Shown: positions 21,480 through 31,783, counted from the first letter of the stretch. The stretch: 64,000 bases of DNA from an uncultured delta proteobacterium (GCA_963695875.1 CAVOID010000007.1:1-64000); one strand, 5' to 3'. Numbers and translations: made by a program. Notes: generated by a model not told the origin, from the sequence alone.

Positions 21480-21850
21480 TATTTGCAAAACTTTGCAAAA
21501 GAGATTCCATGATTCTCTGATAAGGGGTTTTAGGAGAGTCATGCTGTTTAATAGTTTTAGAACCGATACGTTCTTTGGCGGTGAATTTTACGGAGGTGCA
21601 GGAGAAGTTATGGAAGAGTCTCCATTCATTGCGATAGAGGTTATTAAGAAGCGCGATGACCCTGGGATTATCTGATCTCTGATAACCGAGCCATTGACAT
21701 ACGTGCGTCCAGTTTTTCTGTTCTACGTGTGCGTTATCATCTTTGTGATACGGTCTGCTGCGGGTGAATTTTACGGGGTGTTTTTGTTGGGTAAAATGTC
21801 TTACGAGGTGATAATTTAAGAACTCCGAGCCCGTTATCGCAATCGAAGCC
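21480..21850 (-). pseudogene. DDE/rve integrase (ISNCY-type) fragment
   Basis: GFDCDNG / SEFLNYHL..FTRSRPYHKDDNAHVEQKNWTHV, frameshifted and truncated. Confidence 0.75.
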
Positions 21851-21943
21851 CTCAGAGTGCTAGAAAACTAATTCTCTAGATGGACCAGTTTTGGGGGAAC
21901 CATCAGTACGTTCTGGGGGCAGGTCAACGGGCAGCCCAAGTTA

Positions 21944-22636
21944 TTAGTAAACGTCGGTTAGGTGAAAAAGTACAGTCAAGTGAAGGTTCATAATGCCGTA
22001 TCGGTCTAAAGGGATCATCACAGCATGATCTTCTTTCAGACCGGGAGGAAATGCTACTGAAATAGGTACTTCTCCAACAATGGCACCTTCACCGGCACAT
22101 CGAGAGCACTCATAAGGCCCCACACCGCCATATCCTTGGCATATTTTACAGATGGCTCTTACTGGAACCATGACCCTGGCATTTCCACCAGAAAGCGCCT
22201 GCTCATTTGTCAGAGGAACCTCAAGTGTTAGATTTTGTACCCGCCCCGATTTGGGGTAATTGAGAGTGGAAAAATTGGTCCACAACCAATCAAATATCTC
22301 GTCGAATGATGGCGTAAAGGTCTGAAACGACCTTACAAGCGAGATTTTACCAATATTAGTTGGCTGTTTCTCGGGAATGAGAGGTTCTGGCTGTGGATAA
22401 AACTTATGCCTGACAGGTACTCTTGTCTTTGCGTTTATTAAAATTTGATCGTATTGTCGTCGTTCCTGGTCATCGCTTAATACGGAGTAGGCTTCCTGAA
22501 TTTGCTGGAATATATGAATTCCACCTGAGTAGCGGTCTGGATGGAATTCTTTTACAAGGCGACGGTATGCTGCTCTAATTTCGTCTGCTTTCGCGCCGGA
22601 CGAAATGCCGAGAATTACATAGTAACTCTTGGCCAT
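21944..22636 (-). CDS. J-domain protein with partial zinc finger
   Basis: YY.ILG, HPD motif, CKICQGYG..CSRCAGEG. Confidence 0.85.
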   Translation of the reverse strand: MAKSYYVILGISSGAKADEIRAAYRRLVKEFHPDRYSGGIHIFQQIQEAYSVLSDDQERRQYDQILINAKTRVPVRHKFYPQPEPLIPEKQPTNIGKISLVRSFQTFTPSFDEIFDWLWTNFSTLNYPKSGRVQNLTLEVPLTNEQALSGGNARVMVPVRAICKICQGYGGVGPYECSRCAGEGAIVGEVPISVAFPPGLKEDHAVMIPLDRYGIMNLHLTVLFHLTDVY

Positions 22637-22783
22637 ACTCAACCTCCTTATCTTGATGAAATTCCCCTCAGGCGGTGTGTAGTTTGCTCGCAGGTAATTT
22701 TTATGTAAAGAGAGTTTAAGTATAAAACATTTTGATTAAGAAGTATGAACAACCACACGGGATAGGTGGCCAGAGCATGGACT

Positions 22784-23116
22784 CTATATTCCCAGATTAG
22801 AGAGCATCCTGCAGAAGGTATTGATAATCTCCACCAGCCTTGGATGAGATGTTTCGAAGCCCTGAACCGATGAGGCCAGACCTTCAATCGACAAATTGAG
22901 GAGCGCCGGATTCTTTTCGCTGCGTGTGGCTTCGCGGGCTGATAATTCGGCAAATCCTGTTATGCTTTCCGCCTGCTCATGGTGAGTCTGGGAAAGGTCG
23001 GCAATTTCCGTCCTCAGGGTCGTCAGGAGGGTCAACAGCTCGGCTTTGTCACTCTCTTTGACCGCTTCGCTCTGCTTCAGCCTCTCTTCAATCTTGTCAA
23101 GATGATCCTGAATCAT
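22784..23116 (-). CDS. DUF4404-like protein
   Basis: C-terminal FETSHPRL...LSNLGI. Confidence 0.7.
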   Translation of the reverse strand: MIQDHLDKIEERLKQSEAVKESDKAELLTLLTTLRTEIADLSQTHHEQAESITGFAELSAREATRSEKNPALLNLSIEGLASSVQGFETSHPRLVEIINTFCRMLSNLGI

Positions 23117-23180
23117 TTCCTTCCACCTTAATTCGCCTTCATTCCAAATGTCCCCCGAACCTCTCCGCCCCAGAGATAAA

Positions 23181-23209
23181 AGCATACGATGGGTGGCCTT
23201 GTGTGTCAA
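23181..23209 (-). promoter_or_regulatory. repeated sigma70 promoter P
   Basis: TTGACA-N17-TATGCT. Confidence 0.7.
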
Positions 23210-23294
23210 TGAAAAATGAACCACAGGTATGTATTATCATCTGTTATCTCAAATGCTTTATAATGACAGAAGTGTGTGGACTTCAGTCAATAAA

Positions 23295-23548
23295 GATAAT
23301 CATTTGAAAGGATGGATCAATGTTAAAAATGCCGGCCGCTTTGTTTCAGGAAGAACGGATTACACTTAGTTGACTGACGAATATTTTTAAGATTATCAGT
23401 ATTATCTTAAAAATGATCGGCACAGTGCAGATTGCCGCATGAAGAACATACAACGAGAGGAATCAGCGGATAAGCCCTTGCAACACTTGTTAACGCCTAC
23501 GAGTCAATATATTCATGAAGCCGGGAAAACTGAAGATTACCAATTGAA
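23295..23548 (+). repeat. A-N36-B, X palindrome, C-N36-A
   Basis: GATAATCATTTGAA, N36, TTCAGGAAG; X at 23385-412 (TTTTAAGATTA-TCAGTA-TTATCTTAAAA); CCTAC 23496-500, N36, TTACCAATTGAA. Confidence 0.85.
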
Positions 23549-23591
23549 AGAGAGTAGGACTCTGCGTCACCAAAAATTGAATGATGGAATT

Positions 23592-24395
23592 CTATCTGCT
23601 GGCTATCTGAATTTTGTTTTCCACGGATTCAACACCTTTGACTTTTATTGCAGCCCTCTCCGCAGCCGATTTTTCCCGGGGAACTTGCACAACCCCTGTT
23701 AACCGGACTTTTCCCGGCGCATCAACGAACGCGGAAACGTAACTTGATGGAAAACCGGCTTCTGCAAGGGCTGTCCCCACTCTCACTGCAAGTTCCATCA
23801 TATCCAGGGAGTTGATCATATCACCGTTGCATCCTTGGATTTCACCTGCGCGGGCTGCACATAAGACCATATCAGCCGCTGTATTGACGGCAAGCTTGTC
23901 CATATTGAGGACAATGTCATACAGCTCAGGATTGTGCCAATCCCGATGGAAGGCAAACCTGATGAAACTTTCTCTCTCGTGATCACTCTTCTCCAGTGCC
24001 ATAGCAGCGGCCTCCCTCGTATAACCCCTCTCCATAAGATTGCGTACACGTTTGTCCTGCGATGCGATTACCCGGACATGAAGCGCATACGGGAGAGACC
24101 GAAAAAGCATATTGCCTCCCCGTCCGAGTATTACTGCGCTCCCCAGGCGTGCAAGTTCATAAATGACTACATACAGCCGGTCCAGGCAAATCTCAGGCCG
24201 GATTGAAAAAAACCTCTTCAACGGAGGCGGAACCTTGCCGTTTACCTCTCTGACGTCATCAAGACATCCCATTTCTTCGGCTTTTTTTTCGATATCTTCT
24301 GTATCATAGAAGGCATACTTCAGTTCTTCCGCCACGAGCTTCGCAATTTCTGTTCCTTTTGTGCCCATCTTCCTGGAAAAGGTAATAAAATACAT
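23592..24395 (-). CDS. cytidylate kinase-like protein with C-terminal BON domain
   Basis: ITFSRKMGTKG, VILGRGG, YDIVLN; V.LTG...GVESVENKI. Confidence 0.85.
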   Translation of the reverse strand: MYFITFSRKMGTKGTEIAKLVAEELKYAFYDTEDIEKKAEEMGCLDDVREVNGKVPPPLKRFFSIRPEICLDRLYVVIYELARLGSAVILGRGGNMLFRSLPYALHVRVIASQDKRVRNLMERGYTREAAAMALEKSDHERESFIRFAFHRDWHNPELYDIVLNMDKLAVNTAADMVLCAARAGEIQGCNGDMINSLDMMELAVRVGTALAEAGFPSSYVSAFVDAPGKVRLTGVVQVPREKSAAERAAIKVKGVESVENKIQIASR

Positions 24396-24475
24396 AGTAT
24401 CCTCCCTACAATCCGACTACTCCGCTGCCAGGTCCTCTCCCTTCGCAACCTATCCGCCACCCACTGTTGAGACAC

Positions 24476-24802
24476 TTAGGCGTGAGGCCCCTGCGAGGCC
24501 CGCGGGGTTTGCTGGAATCGTTCGATTAGATCACGAATGGCTCGTGCGTCGTCTTTGCGATGCCCATGACTCACAATGGGGTTGCTTCCTCCTACCGAAT
24601 CAATTCGGATGTCGGACCATATTAAACCCGTTTGGATATTGACCGAAGCCACTTTAGCGATCGCAATGCTCTCTTCGTTGGAACCAAAGAGTCGCGGCTT
24701 AATCCGCGTAACCCGGGTTTGATTTACTTCAATACGCACCGGGAAAATCAGGTTGCCCGCAGTCCATCGGCTGGCGGTGAATACATGCTTGTCGTCACTC
24801 AT
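24476..24802 (-). CDS. bacterial PH-domain-like protein
   Basis: ASRWTAGN..FP, EESI....VASV. Confidence 0.65.
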   Translation of the reverse strand: MSDDKHVFTASRWTAGNLIFPVRIEVNQTRVTRIKPRLFGSNEESIAIAKVASVNIQTGLIWSDIRIDSVGGSNPIVSHGHRKDDARAIRDLIERFQQTPRASQGPHA

Positions 24803-24939
24803 CGCTTCCTCCTTCGATTCGATAATTTAAATTGATAAGGCATCGCTTCTTCACGGTGCAAGTACATGGTGATTCGAGTCTATGGATACCGAAAGTGGAA
24901 GTAGCTCGTGCAATCTTATCACTCCGGAATCTTGGTTTC

Positions 24940-25515
24940 CTACAAAGTCAACATGGCTGCATAGCTAAACGATATCTCAGGACTATCGACTATTTTGAAT
25001 CCCATTTCCTGAGCTGTTCTCAATGTATCATTAAAACGTCGTTTTGTAACATGGAAACGGGGTTCAGCGATTAAGAAAAAGGCTTTTGGTTTCATGATCT
25101 CTTTTACATTCACAAAAAAGTGCATCAACTCGGGAACCTCGTGCACCATCCAGAACGCTAATACAAAATCGGCTTTCACATCTAAACTAAAGTCATTGGG
25201 TCTGATTAGATTTGTGGTGAGGTTTGCAGCAAGCCCCGCTTCAGATGCCCTCCGTTGCAAGGCCCTTAACATCCTTTCCTGAATATCTACAGCAATGACC
25301 CTTCCTTCTCTTCCCACCAATTTACAGATGGGAATTGTAAAATAACCTTTCCCCGGTCCGATATCCACGACCGTATAGCCGGGTCTGATGTAAGGCGAAA
25401 GGATTTTATAGGGATCTTGGAATATTTTGCGTAGAGGATTATCAAAGGTGAAACATAACCATGACGGACATACATGTTTTCCTCTTACAAATAGCTTATC
25501 AAGAATACTGCCCAC
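24940..25515 (-). CDS. class I SAM-dependent methyltransferase
   Basis: VVDIGPGKG, AVDIQ, FWMVHEV. Confidence 0.9.
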   Translation of the reverse strand: MGSILDKLFVRGKHVCPSWLCFTFDNPLRKIFQDPYKILSPYIRPGYTVVDIGPGKGYFTIPICKLVGREGRVIAVDIQERMLRALQRRASEAGLAANLTTNLIRPNDFSLDVKADFVLAFWMVHEVPELMHFFVNVKEIMKPKAFFLIAEPRFHVTKRRFNDTLRTAQEMGFKIVDSPEISFSYAAMLTL

Positions 25516-25538
25516 CAGAAACCTCCTGTCGGTTCCTT

Positions 25539-25667
25539 TGAGTCGAGTATACCAGTTTCTTCAGATACCACAGGTTGACATTTGAAATATCAAATGTGCG
25601 GGTTATTGACGTTACCTACTACTATACATCCCAGAAAATTTCCATACATCAACGATTACCGCTTGAA
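25539..25667 (+). repeat. D motif followed by C-N36-A
   Basis: TGAGTCGAGTATACCAGTTTCT; CCTAC 25615-19, N36, TTACCGCTTGAA. Confidence 0.75.
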
Positions 25668-25739
25668 ACATTGATTAGAAAAGGCAGCGCCATTTCTGGC
25701 ACTGCCTTTGCCCTCAAACCATCAATCTAATTATTTGTC

Positions 25740-26255
25740 TTAGGGTAACATATACTTGATATTCGCTTTGACATAACTCTGGACGACTCCCTCTTTCGGA
25801 GGTAAAGCGTATCTGGTAAATTCGAAAGAGCCCTTAATCCCGGAGCATTTTCCGGTGCCGCCGATGATGGTAACAGTCCCCTTCGTGATACCCACCATTT
25901 CTGGTTTTGCTGCTTCGCCAGTAGCCTTCACAGTCAGGAACACCTTATCTCCGTTCATAAGATTCCAAACGCCGCTACCACGTTCATCGTTAAATTTACC
26001 TTGCTCAATTGTCAATGACCCAAGAATACGAACAGTCCCTTGATGAAATAGACCCTGTCCTGTGTCAGAAATGGTTAATCCAATGGCATCGTAGGACATG
26101 AAAGCGCGGTCTGCTCCCATAGGAACGACTTTCGCTGTAGCATAATAAGTGGTAGTGGCTGATTCGTTTACTTCTTTGGATTGGGCCTGAACATTTATCC
26201 CAAGAGCAAGCAATAAGACTAAACTCAATACCAATATCAAAATAGATTTTCTCAT
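25740..26255 (-). CDS. secreted beta-rich hypothetical protein
   Basis: Signal peptide; GDK.F and GGTGK..GI.G motifs. Confidence 0.75.
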   Translation of the reverse strand: MRKSILILVLSLVLLLALGINVQAQSKEVNESATTTYYATAKVVPMGADRAFMSYDAIGLTISDTGQGLFHQGTVRILGSLTIEQGKFNDERGSGVWNLMNGDKVFLTVKATGEAAKPEMVGITKGTVTIIGGTGKCSGIKGSFEFTRYALPPKEGVVQSYVKANIKYMLP

Positions 26256-26345
26256 GGTCACCCTCCTTTTTCTCCTTAGGGGCAGTGCTCGATCAGACGT
26301 CCTTGACAGCACCGCCCCTCTATATAATCGGTTGAATTTAAATAA

Positions 26346-26642
26346 TCACTTGGTCAGGGCTTTTATCATTTCCTCTGCCTGACTTACTGAACCAATGGGA
26401 TGTACCTTGAAACGGACAAATGGGGTGTAGCGTTGTACGGCATTCATAACTTCTAACTCAGATCCTTCATTAACCGCATATCCGCCAAGTTCGCCAATAA
26501 ACGTTCCCCAATCCTTGGTTAAACCTTTTTTCATATCTTCCTTGACCATCTCCAATAAGAGACTCCATCCAGCCCCTCGCTCTTTTGGATTCAAAGGTAC
26601 CTTCGTCCAATCAATCTCCCAAAGCATAAGATACTTTCCCAT
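26346..26642 (-). CDS. DUF3303-like small protein
   Basis: RBS and intact ORF; family call tentative. Confidence 0.6.
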   Translation of the reverse strand: MGKYLMLWEIDWTKVPLNPKERGAGWSLLLEMVKEDMKKGLTKDWGTFIGELGGYAVNEGSELEVMNAVQRYTPFVRFKVHPIGSVSQAEEMIKALTK

Positions 26643-26968
26643 AACTTATCCCTCCTTATTAAAAGAATGTTCTTGAATCGGTTCTTGACAAATTAGTGAA
26701 GGAGGCTCCGCAGGAATGCAATCATCCCTGGAAGCCCACAGTATCGGCACCTTCCGGAAACTCCCTCTCATGAACTTCCTCAAGAAGGTTAGGGGTTAGG
26801 TTATTGGTTTACTGAGCTAAGGTTAGTTACTGAGCTACGGGAGGAATATGAATTACTAATGAGCTACAGAAGGAGTGACAATTTATAAAAAGATACTCCT
26901 AACATCAGTGGTAGTCAAGGGGAAATTTTCTCCTGGAAATAGCCTCGATTTTTCAATTCTAAACTGAG

Positions 26969-27027
26969 GATCAGCGATTGAAATCTTGCATTCTGAAGGA
27001 AATTGCAAAAAACAAGACTACAGAAAG
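26969..27027 (+). repeat. A-N36-B site
   Basis: GATCAGCGATTGAA, N36, TACAGAAAG. Confidence 0.7.
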
Positions 27028-27047
27028 TTAGCTTCCTTTCAAGCGCA

Positions 27048-27626
27048 TCAATGTTTGCCGTGACCTGGATACGGGAAGAACATAGGGACTTTTTTCCTGT
27101 ATTCCACATAGGATGCGCCAATACGTTTTTCCAGTTCCGGTTCTTCGATCATCTTGAATTCAAGAAAGGAAATTACCATAAACATCGGCGTGTATATGAT
27201 GACCAGTGAGAGCGACTGAAACAGAAAGCCGATGCCGAAAAGCATAAGAAAGACACCGGAGAGCATGGGGTTTCGCGAATAACTATAAGGTCCGGTGTCA
27301 ACAAGCTTCGGGGGCGGGCTGAGAGGCACTGGTGTGCCTCTGGATTTGAAAAATGTCAACACAGACCATAGCCAAAGCCAGATTCCGGCTGCAAGCAGGG
27401 GAGTGGACAGGACAAGGTTTGCAGGCGAGGGCGGCCATGCGTGCAAGCCCAGCAGTTTGTCGGATACAAATGCCAGAAAGATGACGAAAAGGACAACGCC
27501 GAAAAAAAACAGGCCCCCCAGAAAAGTCAGAAGGCCGTGATGTCTTTCCCGCATGGTTGCTTTCCGGTAGATATAGTCGATTATCCTGTCACGCAAGCGC
27601 GCCATTAATCTACTTTCTTCCCCCAT
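27048..27626 (-). CDS. isoprenylcysteine carboxyl methyltransferase family protein
   Basis: GTP.P..PP..LV..GPY..SRNPM, EEPEL, Y.EYRKKVP. Confidence 0.9.
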   Translation of the reverse strand: MGEESRLMARLRDRIIDYIYRKATMRERHHGLLTFLGGLFFFGVVLFVIFLAFVSDKLLGLHAWPPSPANLVLSTPLLAAGIWLWLWSVLTFFKSRGTPVPLSPPPKLVDTGPYSYSRNPMLSGVFLMLFGIGFLFQSLSLVIIYTPMFMVISFLEFKMIEEPELEKRIGASYVEYRKKVPMFFPYPGHGKH

Positions 27627-28012
27627 ACAGGGACACTTTCATTTGATAAGAAATCGCTTCTGCGGAGAAAAAATTACTATGGGCGGCCATGTGTGTCAAA
27701 GAAATAATGACCGCAAGATATTGTTTGGGAAAATATATGGTTGAACCTCACACCTGTTTAACCTGAGGGCATCAGATCTTAGGCGTAGGAATAATCATTC
27801 ATGTAACTATAGCAAGAATTTCAATACATTCCGTGATTTTAATTTTTTTGATTGAAGCAGAATCCATACAATTTTCTGACCCCTGCCGGCTACTTTTAAG
27901 TGCGAAAAATAATGATAATCTTTATATATCAACAGCTTACGTATTAAGACCATTTCTGGGTACATCTCTTGCTTTATCTAAATATTCGTATTAATAATCG
28001 AGTAGACCAAAA

Positions 28013-28375
28013 ATGAGACTGCTGGTAGTGGATGACGCGTCGGGTGTTGTGAGTATCTTGTCTTTATGGCTGAAAGAATCCGGCTATGAAGTAGATGGGG
28101 CGCATGACGGGATCGAGGCTGTTGAGCGTCTTCGGAACAATTCATACGACGTTGCTATCGTAGATGCTATTATGCCTAATATGAACGGCTCAGAAGTCTG
28201 CAAATTCATAAAGTCTCATAATCCCGGTACGTATATCATCGGTATAAGCGGCTATCCTGACTCTCTGAAAAAGCTAAAGAATGAAGGCGCCGATATCTGC
28301 TTCACCAAGCCTTTCAGCATTGACCAAATCAAAAGGGCCATAGAAAATCAATTTCATTTAGTGCCCATTTCTTGA
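28013..28375 (+). CDS. single-domain response regulator
   Basis: LVVDD, IVD..MP, ISG, KPF. Confidence 0.9.
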   Translation: MRLLVVDDASGVVSILSLWLKESGYEVDGAHDGIEAVERLRNNSYDVAIVDAIMPNMNGSEVCKFIKSHNPGTYIIGISGYPDSLKKLKNEGADICFTKPFSIDQIKRAIENQFHLVPIS

Positions 28376-28925
28376 CGCCAGCGAGAGAAGTTATGAAGGC
28401 CCTGGGCAGCAATGTAACAAAATGAAGAGGTTTGCAAAATGAAAGAGATAAATAGCATGTATACATCTGATAATAGGCAGTTGTTCCCAGCTTTCAAAGC
28501 TGATCTATTCGTGAATCCCCTGAGGCCGTTAAACAGTGATTATCAGAAAAAGGAAAAAGATGCGGCGATAATAAGGAAAGAGCTCCCCGCCGAGCACTTG
28601 ACCGCGACCTACTGGGGATGATGGGCTGTCTTTCATAGCAGGAAGAGATAAAAGCCGGATCGCATGATCTATGCTTACTTTTTTTCCAAATGTCTCAGGA
28701 TCTCCCAGCTCTTGAGAAGTTCTATTGCACTCTTTAATTGATTATCTTTCATAGTATCTAAATCTCCTTTTGCCTGAATCGCTCCCTGCGCGGCATCTTT
28801 CAGCTCATTCAATTGGGATTTCATAAAATTAATGTATTTTGAAGCTCAAAATAAGGGAAAGCCTTATATTCATCCGCCGCGTCTGTGATAAAATAATCAA
28901 AAATGGTTTAAAGGAGGTGACACCG

Positions 28926-29099
28926 ATGCCACGATATTGTGTTGACCCTGTCTGTAAGTGCAAATTGGAGGAAGAAAAAGCGGCGCAAAGCAGTGAACAC
29001 GACGGGAAGAAAGTTTATTTCTGCTCCGTGGAATGTAAAGAGGAGTTCGAAAAAAACCCTCAGGAGTATATGGCTGAATATCTGAGGACCGGTGCTTAA
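28926..29099 (+). CDS. YHS domain protein
   Basis: DPVC...YFCS..C...F..NP..Y. Confidence 0.85.
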   Translation: MPRYCVDPVCKCKLEEEKAAQSSEHDGKKVYFCSVECKEEFEKNPQEYMAEYLRTGA

Positions 29100-29526
29100 T
29101 CGACATTTCACTTTTCTAATTTATTATCTCTCTTCTTGAGAGGCATACCATACCCATTGGAGTGACGTTTGCAGGCCTGTCATCCGGTTTCGTTTTCCTG
29201 CGTGGCGCCAACTGGAAATCAGATTTGCCGATATCCTGACAACCCGCAAGTACATGGTGAAGCTATGCCCCACTAAACAGTCACGATGGTCTGCACTTTC
29301 GTCCTTGTTTCTTTGTTGAGTAGCTCACAGGCAATTGGCGATTGTGCCTGGGTGATGTGGATCAAGCATCACGAGGTTCAACTTAATGATGGCAGGGAAA
29401 AAGTGTGGTGGGAGATTGAGACAGCGATTCCCAGGTATGATCAATGTGTGCAGGTCAAGCAGGACATCTGGAATAAACAAGGAAGAAGGGGAAAATGAAT
29501 TTTTACAATGAAAACAGGAGGGTAAC

Positions 29527-29967
29527 ATGGATATTGATCTTAAGAATCGCATAACCGAATACATAGAGAAGTGCCGTTTCTGTACTATAGCAACCGTCAG
29601 TGCAGATGGACAACCAAATGCATCAACAGTCGCTTTTAATAATGTAGGAATGGATATTTATTTCAATACAGCTAGAGATAGTAAGAAAATACAGAATATT
29701 TTATCTAATCCCCGGGTGGCTATAGCTATGCGAAAGCCTCGCCTTCCTAAAACTGACCAGGAAATAACGGGAATCCAATATAGCGGCACTGCAAAAATTC
29801 TGTCTGACGATGAAATTGCTAAAGCACCCAAAAGAGTCGTGGCCAGAAATAGGCTTTTCAACAGTTTAAAACCTGGATCATCAGTGATCGTTAAAGTGAC
29901 ACCTTTGGAGATTTACCTAATCGACTATTCCCGAGGGCTTCGACATCGAGAGCTTCTTCAATTATAG
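29527..29967 (+). CDS. pyridoxamine 5'-phosphate oxidase-like FMN-binding protein
   Basis: IATV..DGQP, SKK.QNI..NPRVA. Confidence 0.85.
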   Translation: MDIDLKNRITEYIEKCRFCTIATVSADGQPNASTVAFNNVGMDIYFNTARDSKKIQNILSNPRVAIAMRKPRLPKTDQEITGIQYSGTAKILSDDEIAKAPKRVVARNRLFNSLKPGSSVIVKVTPLEIYLIDYSRGLRHRELLQL

Positions 29968-30109
29968 CCAAAATCATTGAAGAAGGTATTATTTGTTACA
30001 CCTACACTTATAAGGCCTCCAGATGTCAATAGATAAATTTATCCATCAACGAAATTTTTTTCTTCCGCTCTTTCAAATAACGAACCATCTGGCTATTGGC
30101 AGCAATTCT

Positions 30110-30450
30110 GACTTTGTTTCAACATAGGCGTCGGGAGAATGATCCCGCACCATACACTTATAGAGGTTCAACTACCTATTCAATCTGCCCAGGGGAAAAG
30201 AGAGAGTCCGCCGGGCATCAGGCAGCTGCAAGGCGAAATCATCACCTTGCGACCTGGAAAATATACCGTACCCTCATGCCGTCCTAATCAAATAACGGGG
30301 TATGGGAATCATCCCCAGTAAGTAGCAGGTTCGGTTGAGGAGCAGAACCTTTCCAACGAGCCAAAGAGCACGTTATGGAAAATTGTAGGAGCGGAACGGA
30401 CCTCCAATCAAGTCAAGGGAATATCGGGTTTATTCGTCATATCATCGAAT
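30110..30450 (-). ncRNA. putative bridge/seek RNA of IS110 #2
   Basis: Target guides at 30409-14 and 30383-89; donor guide at 30155-62; ends approximate. Confidence 0.75.
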
Positions 30451-30553
30451 ATGCGTTCATGGACGCAAGGGTTTTCTTCTCCCTCGATGCGGACACATGC
30501 TCGTACCCATAGTTGTTCCATTAGGTGCCCGGGCTGATCCGTTCCCTCCATAT

Positions 30554-31598
30554 TCATAGGCTCAGCAGTTTGTTTTGATCGAAAGCCTCCTTGTTCTTGA
30601 GCATGAAATATACGGCCCGTCCCAATTTATGGGCAAGGATAGACAGGGCTTTTGCTTTGCCGTGTTTCCTGGTAAGCCTGTCTACATATTTCTTTGCCAG
30701 ATCATTGCTTTTGAGAAAGAAGACGGCGGCCTCGGAAAAGGCCCACTTGAGGTGAACGTTTCCTATTTTACTGCCGCCGGAGCCGCATTTTTTCCCATTG
30801 GATTCTTTGGCGCATTTTACGAGGCGGCTGTATGAGGCAAAGTCCTGCACACTGGCAAAGCGGCGGATATTTTCTATTTCGTACAGCATGATCAGGGCGA
30901 TGATTTTTCCAACTCCCGGGATGGTCTGGAGTAAGGCATAGGAAACCGGGTCGTGGTTATTGGCCAGTTTAATTATGGATTTTTCGAGTTGCAATAAGAT
31001 GCCGTCATAGGTCCTGATCATTTCAATATCTACGGCAATGCTTTTCTGCACGGAAGGCTGTTCAAATTGCCCGGCAATGCCGTTCCTGTTCTGATGTCTT
31101 GAAATGGGGCCAAAGGAATCAGGCAGGTTGTACTGGCTGTTGGTGTTCTGGATGTGAGCGTAGAGTTCGGAGCGTTTTCTCATAAGGTGATTCCGGCGTC
31201 TCATGAGGTCACGCGTGGATCTCATCTTTGCTGGATATACATAGGCCATGGGGATCATGCCTCCTCTGAGGAGTGCGGCGATCTTTTGGGAGTCGATCTT
31301 GTCGGTTTTTTGCTTTCCCGCCATGGATTGCCTTCATGTAGAGGGCATGTCCGAGGACGAAGGGAATGCCTTCGTTGTGGCAAAGATCGGCTACCCAGTA
31401 CCAGGTGAAGATGCATTCTACGGCAACGACGATATCCTCACGAAAGGGAGCGATGGCTTTGAGAAAGGCATCACGGTCGGTTTTCAGGTTGCGATGTTCC
31501 CTGATTTCTCCTTTTTCATCGAGGATGCAGATATACATTTTTCTTGTGTGTAGATCGATTCCGCAGTGATACTTGTGCTGATTAGTGTAAAATCTCAT
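30554..31598 (-). pseudogene. IS110 transposase with a single frameshift near 31305
   Basis: GIDLH, AVEC, HGGKAK / DKIDS, IPGVG, GNVHLKWAFSEAA. Confidence 0.9.
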
Positions 31599-31783
31599 GG
31601 GGCTTCCTCCTTCTTCTGGTATTATTTGGCCCTACTCAATTCCAAATATACCATGCTTTGGGGGAGGCCTTAAATAGTATCAAGTCCTCAATCCAAGATA
31701 ATTCCGAAAGTCAACGATTATGGTTAGAAATGTGCATAAAAAAACAGGGACATAGCGACCCCGCCTTTGTGGAGTGTAGTGAA

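Larger units (their letters stand above)
30005..31682 (-). mobile_element. IS110-family (IS1111-type) insertion sequence #2
   Basis: Subterminal inverted repeats TAAGGCCTCC (30011-20) / GGAGGCCTTA (31663-72); CA core at 30005-06 and 31681-82. Confidence 0.9.

Noticed and set aside
27732..27792. Extra A-B copies (also near 28590, 38180, 44507 and 50360)
   Set aside because: Spacing of 32-38 bp or poor halves; not counted. A shared TATATGGTTGAAC at 3586 and 27734 remains unexplained.
31295..31320. Programmed frameshift at AAAAAAC in IS110 #2
   Set aside because: Restoring the frame needs +1, not the -1 typical of this motif; an indel is more likely.
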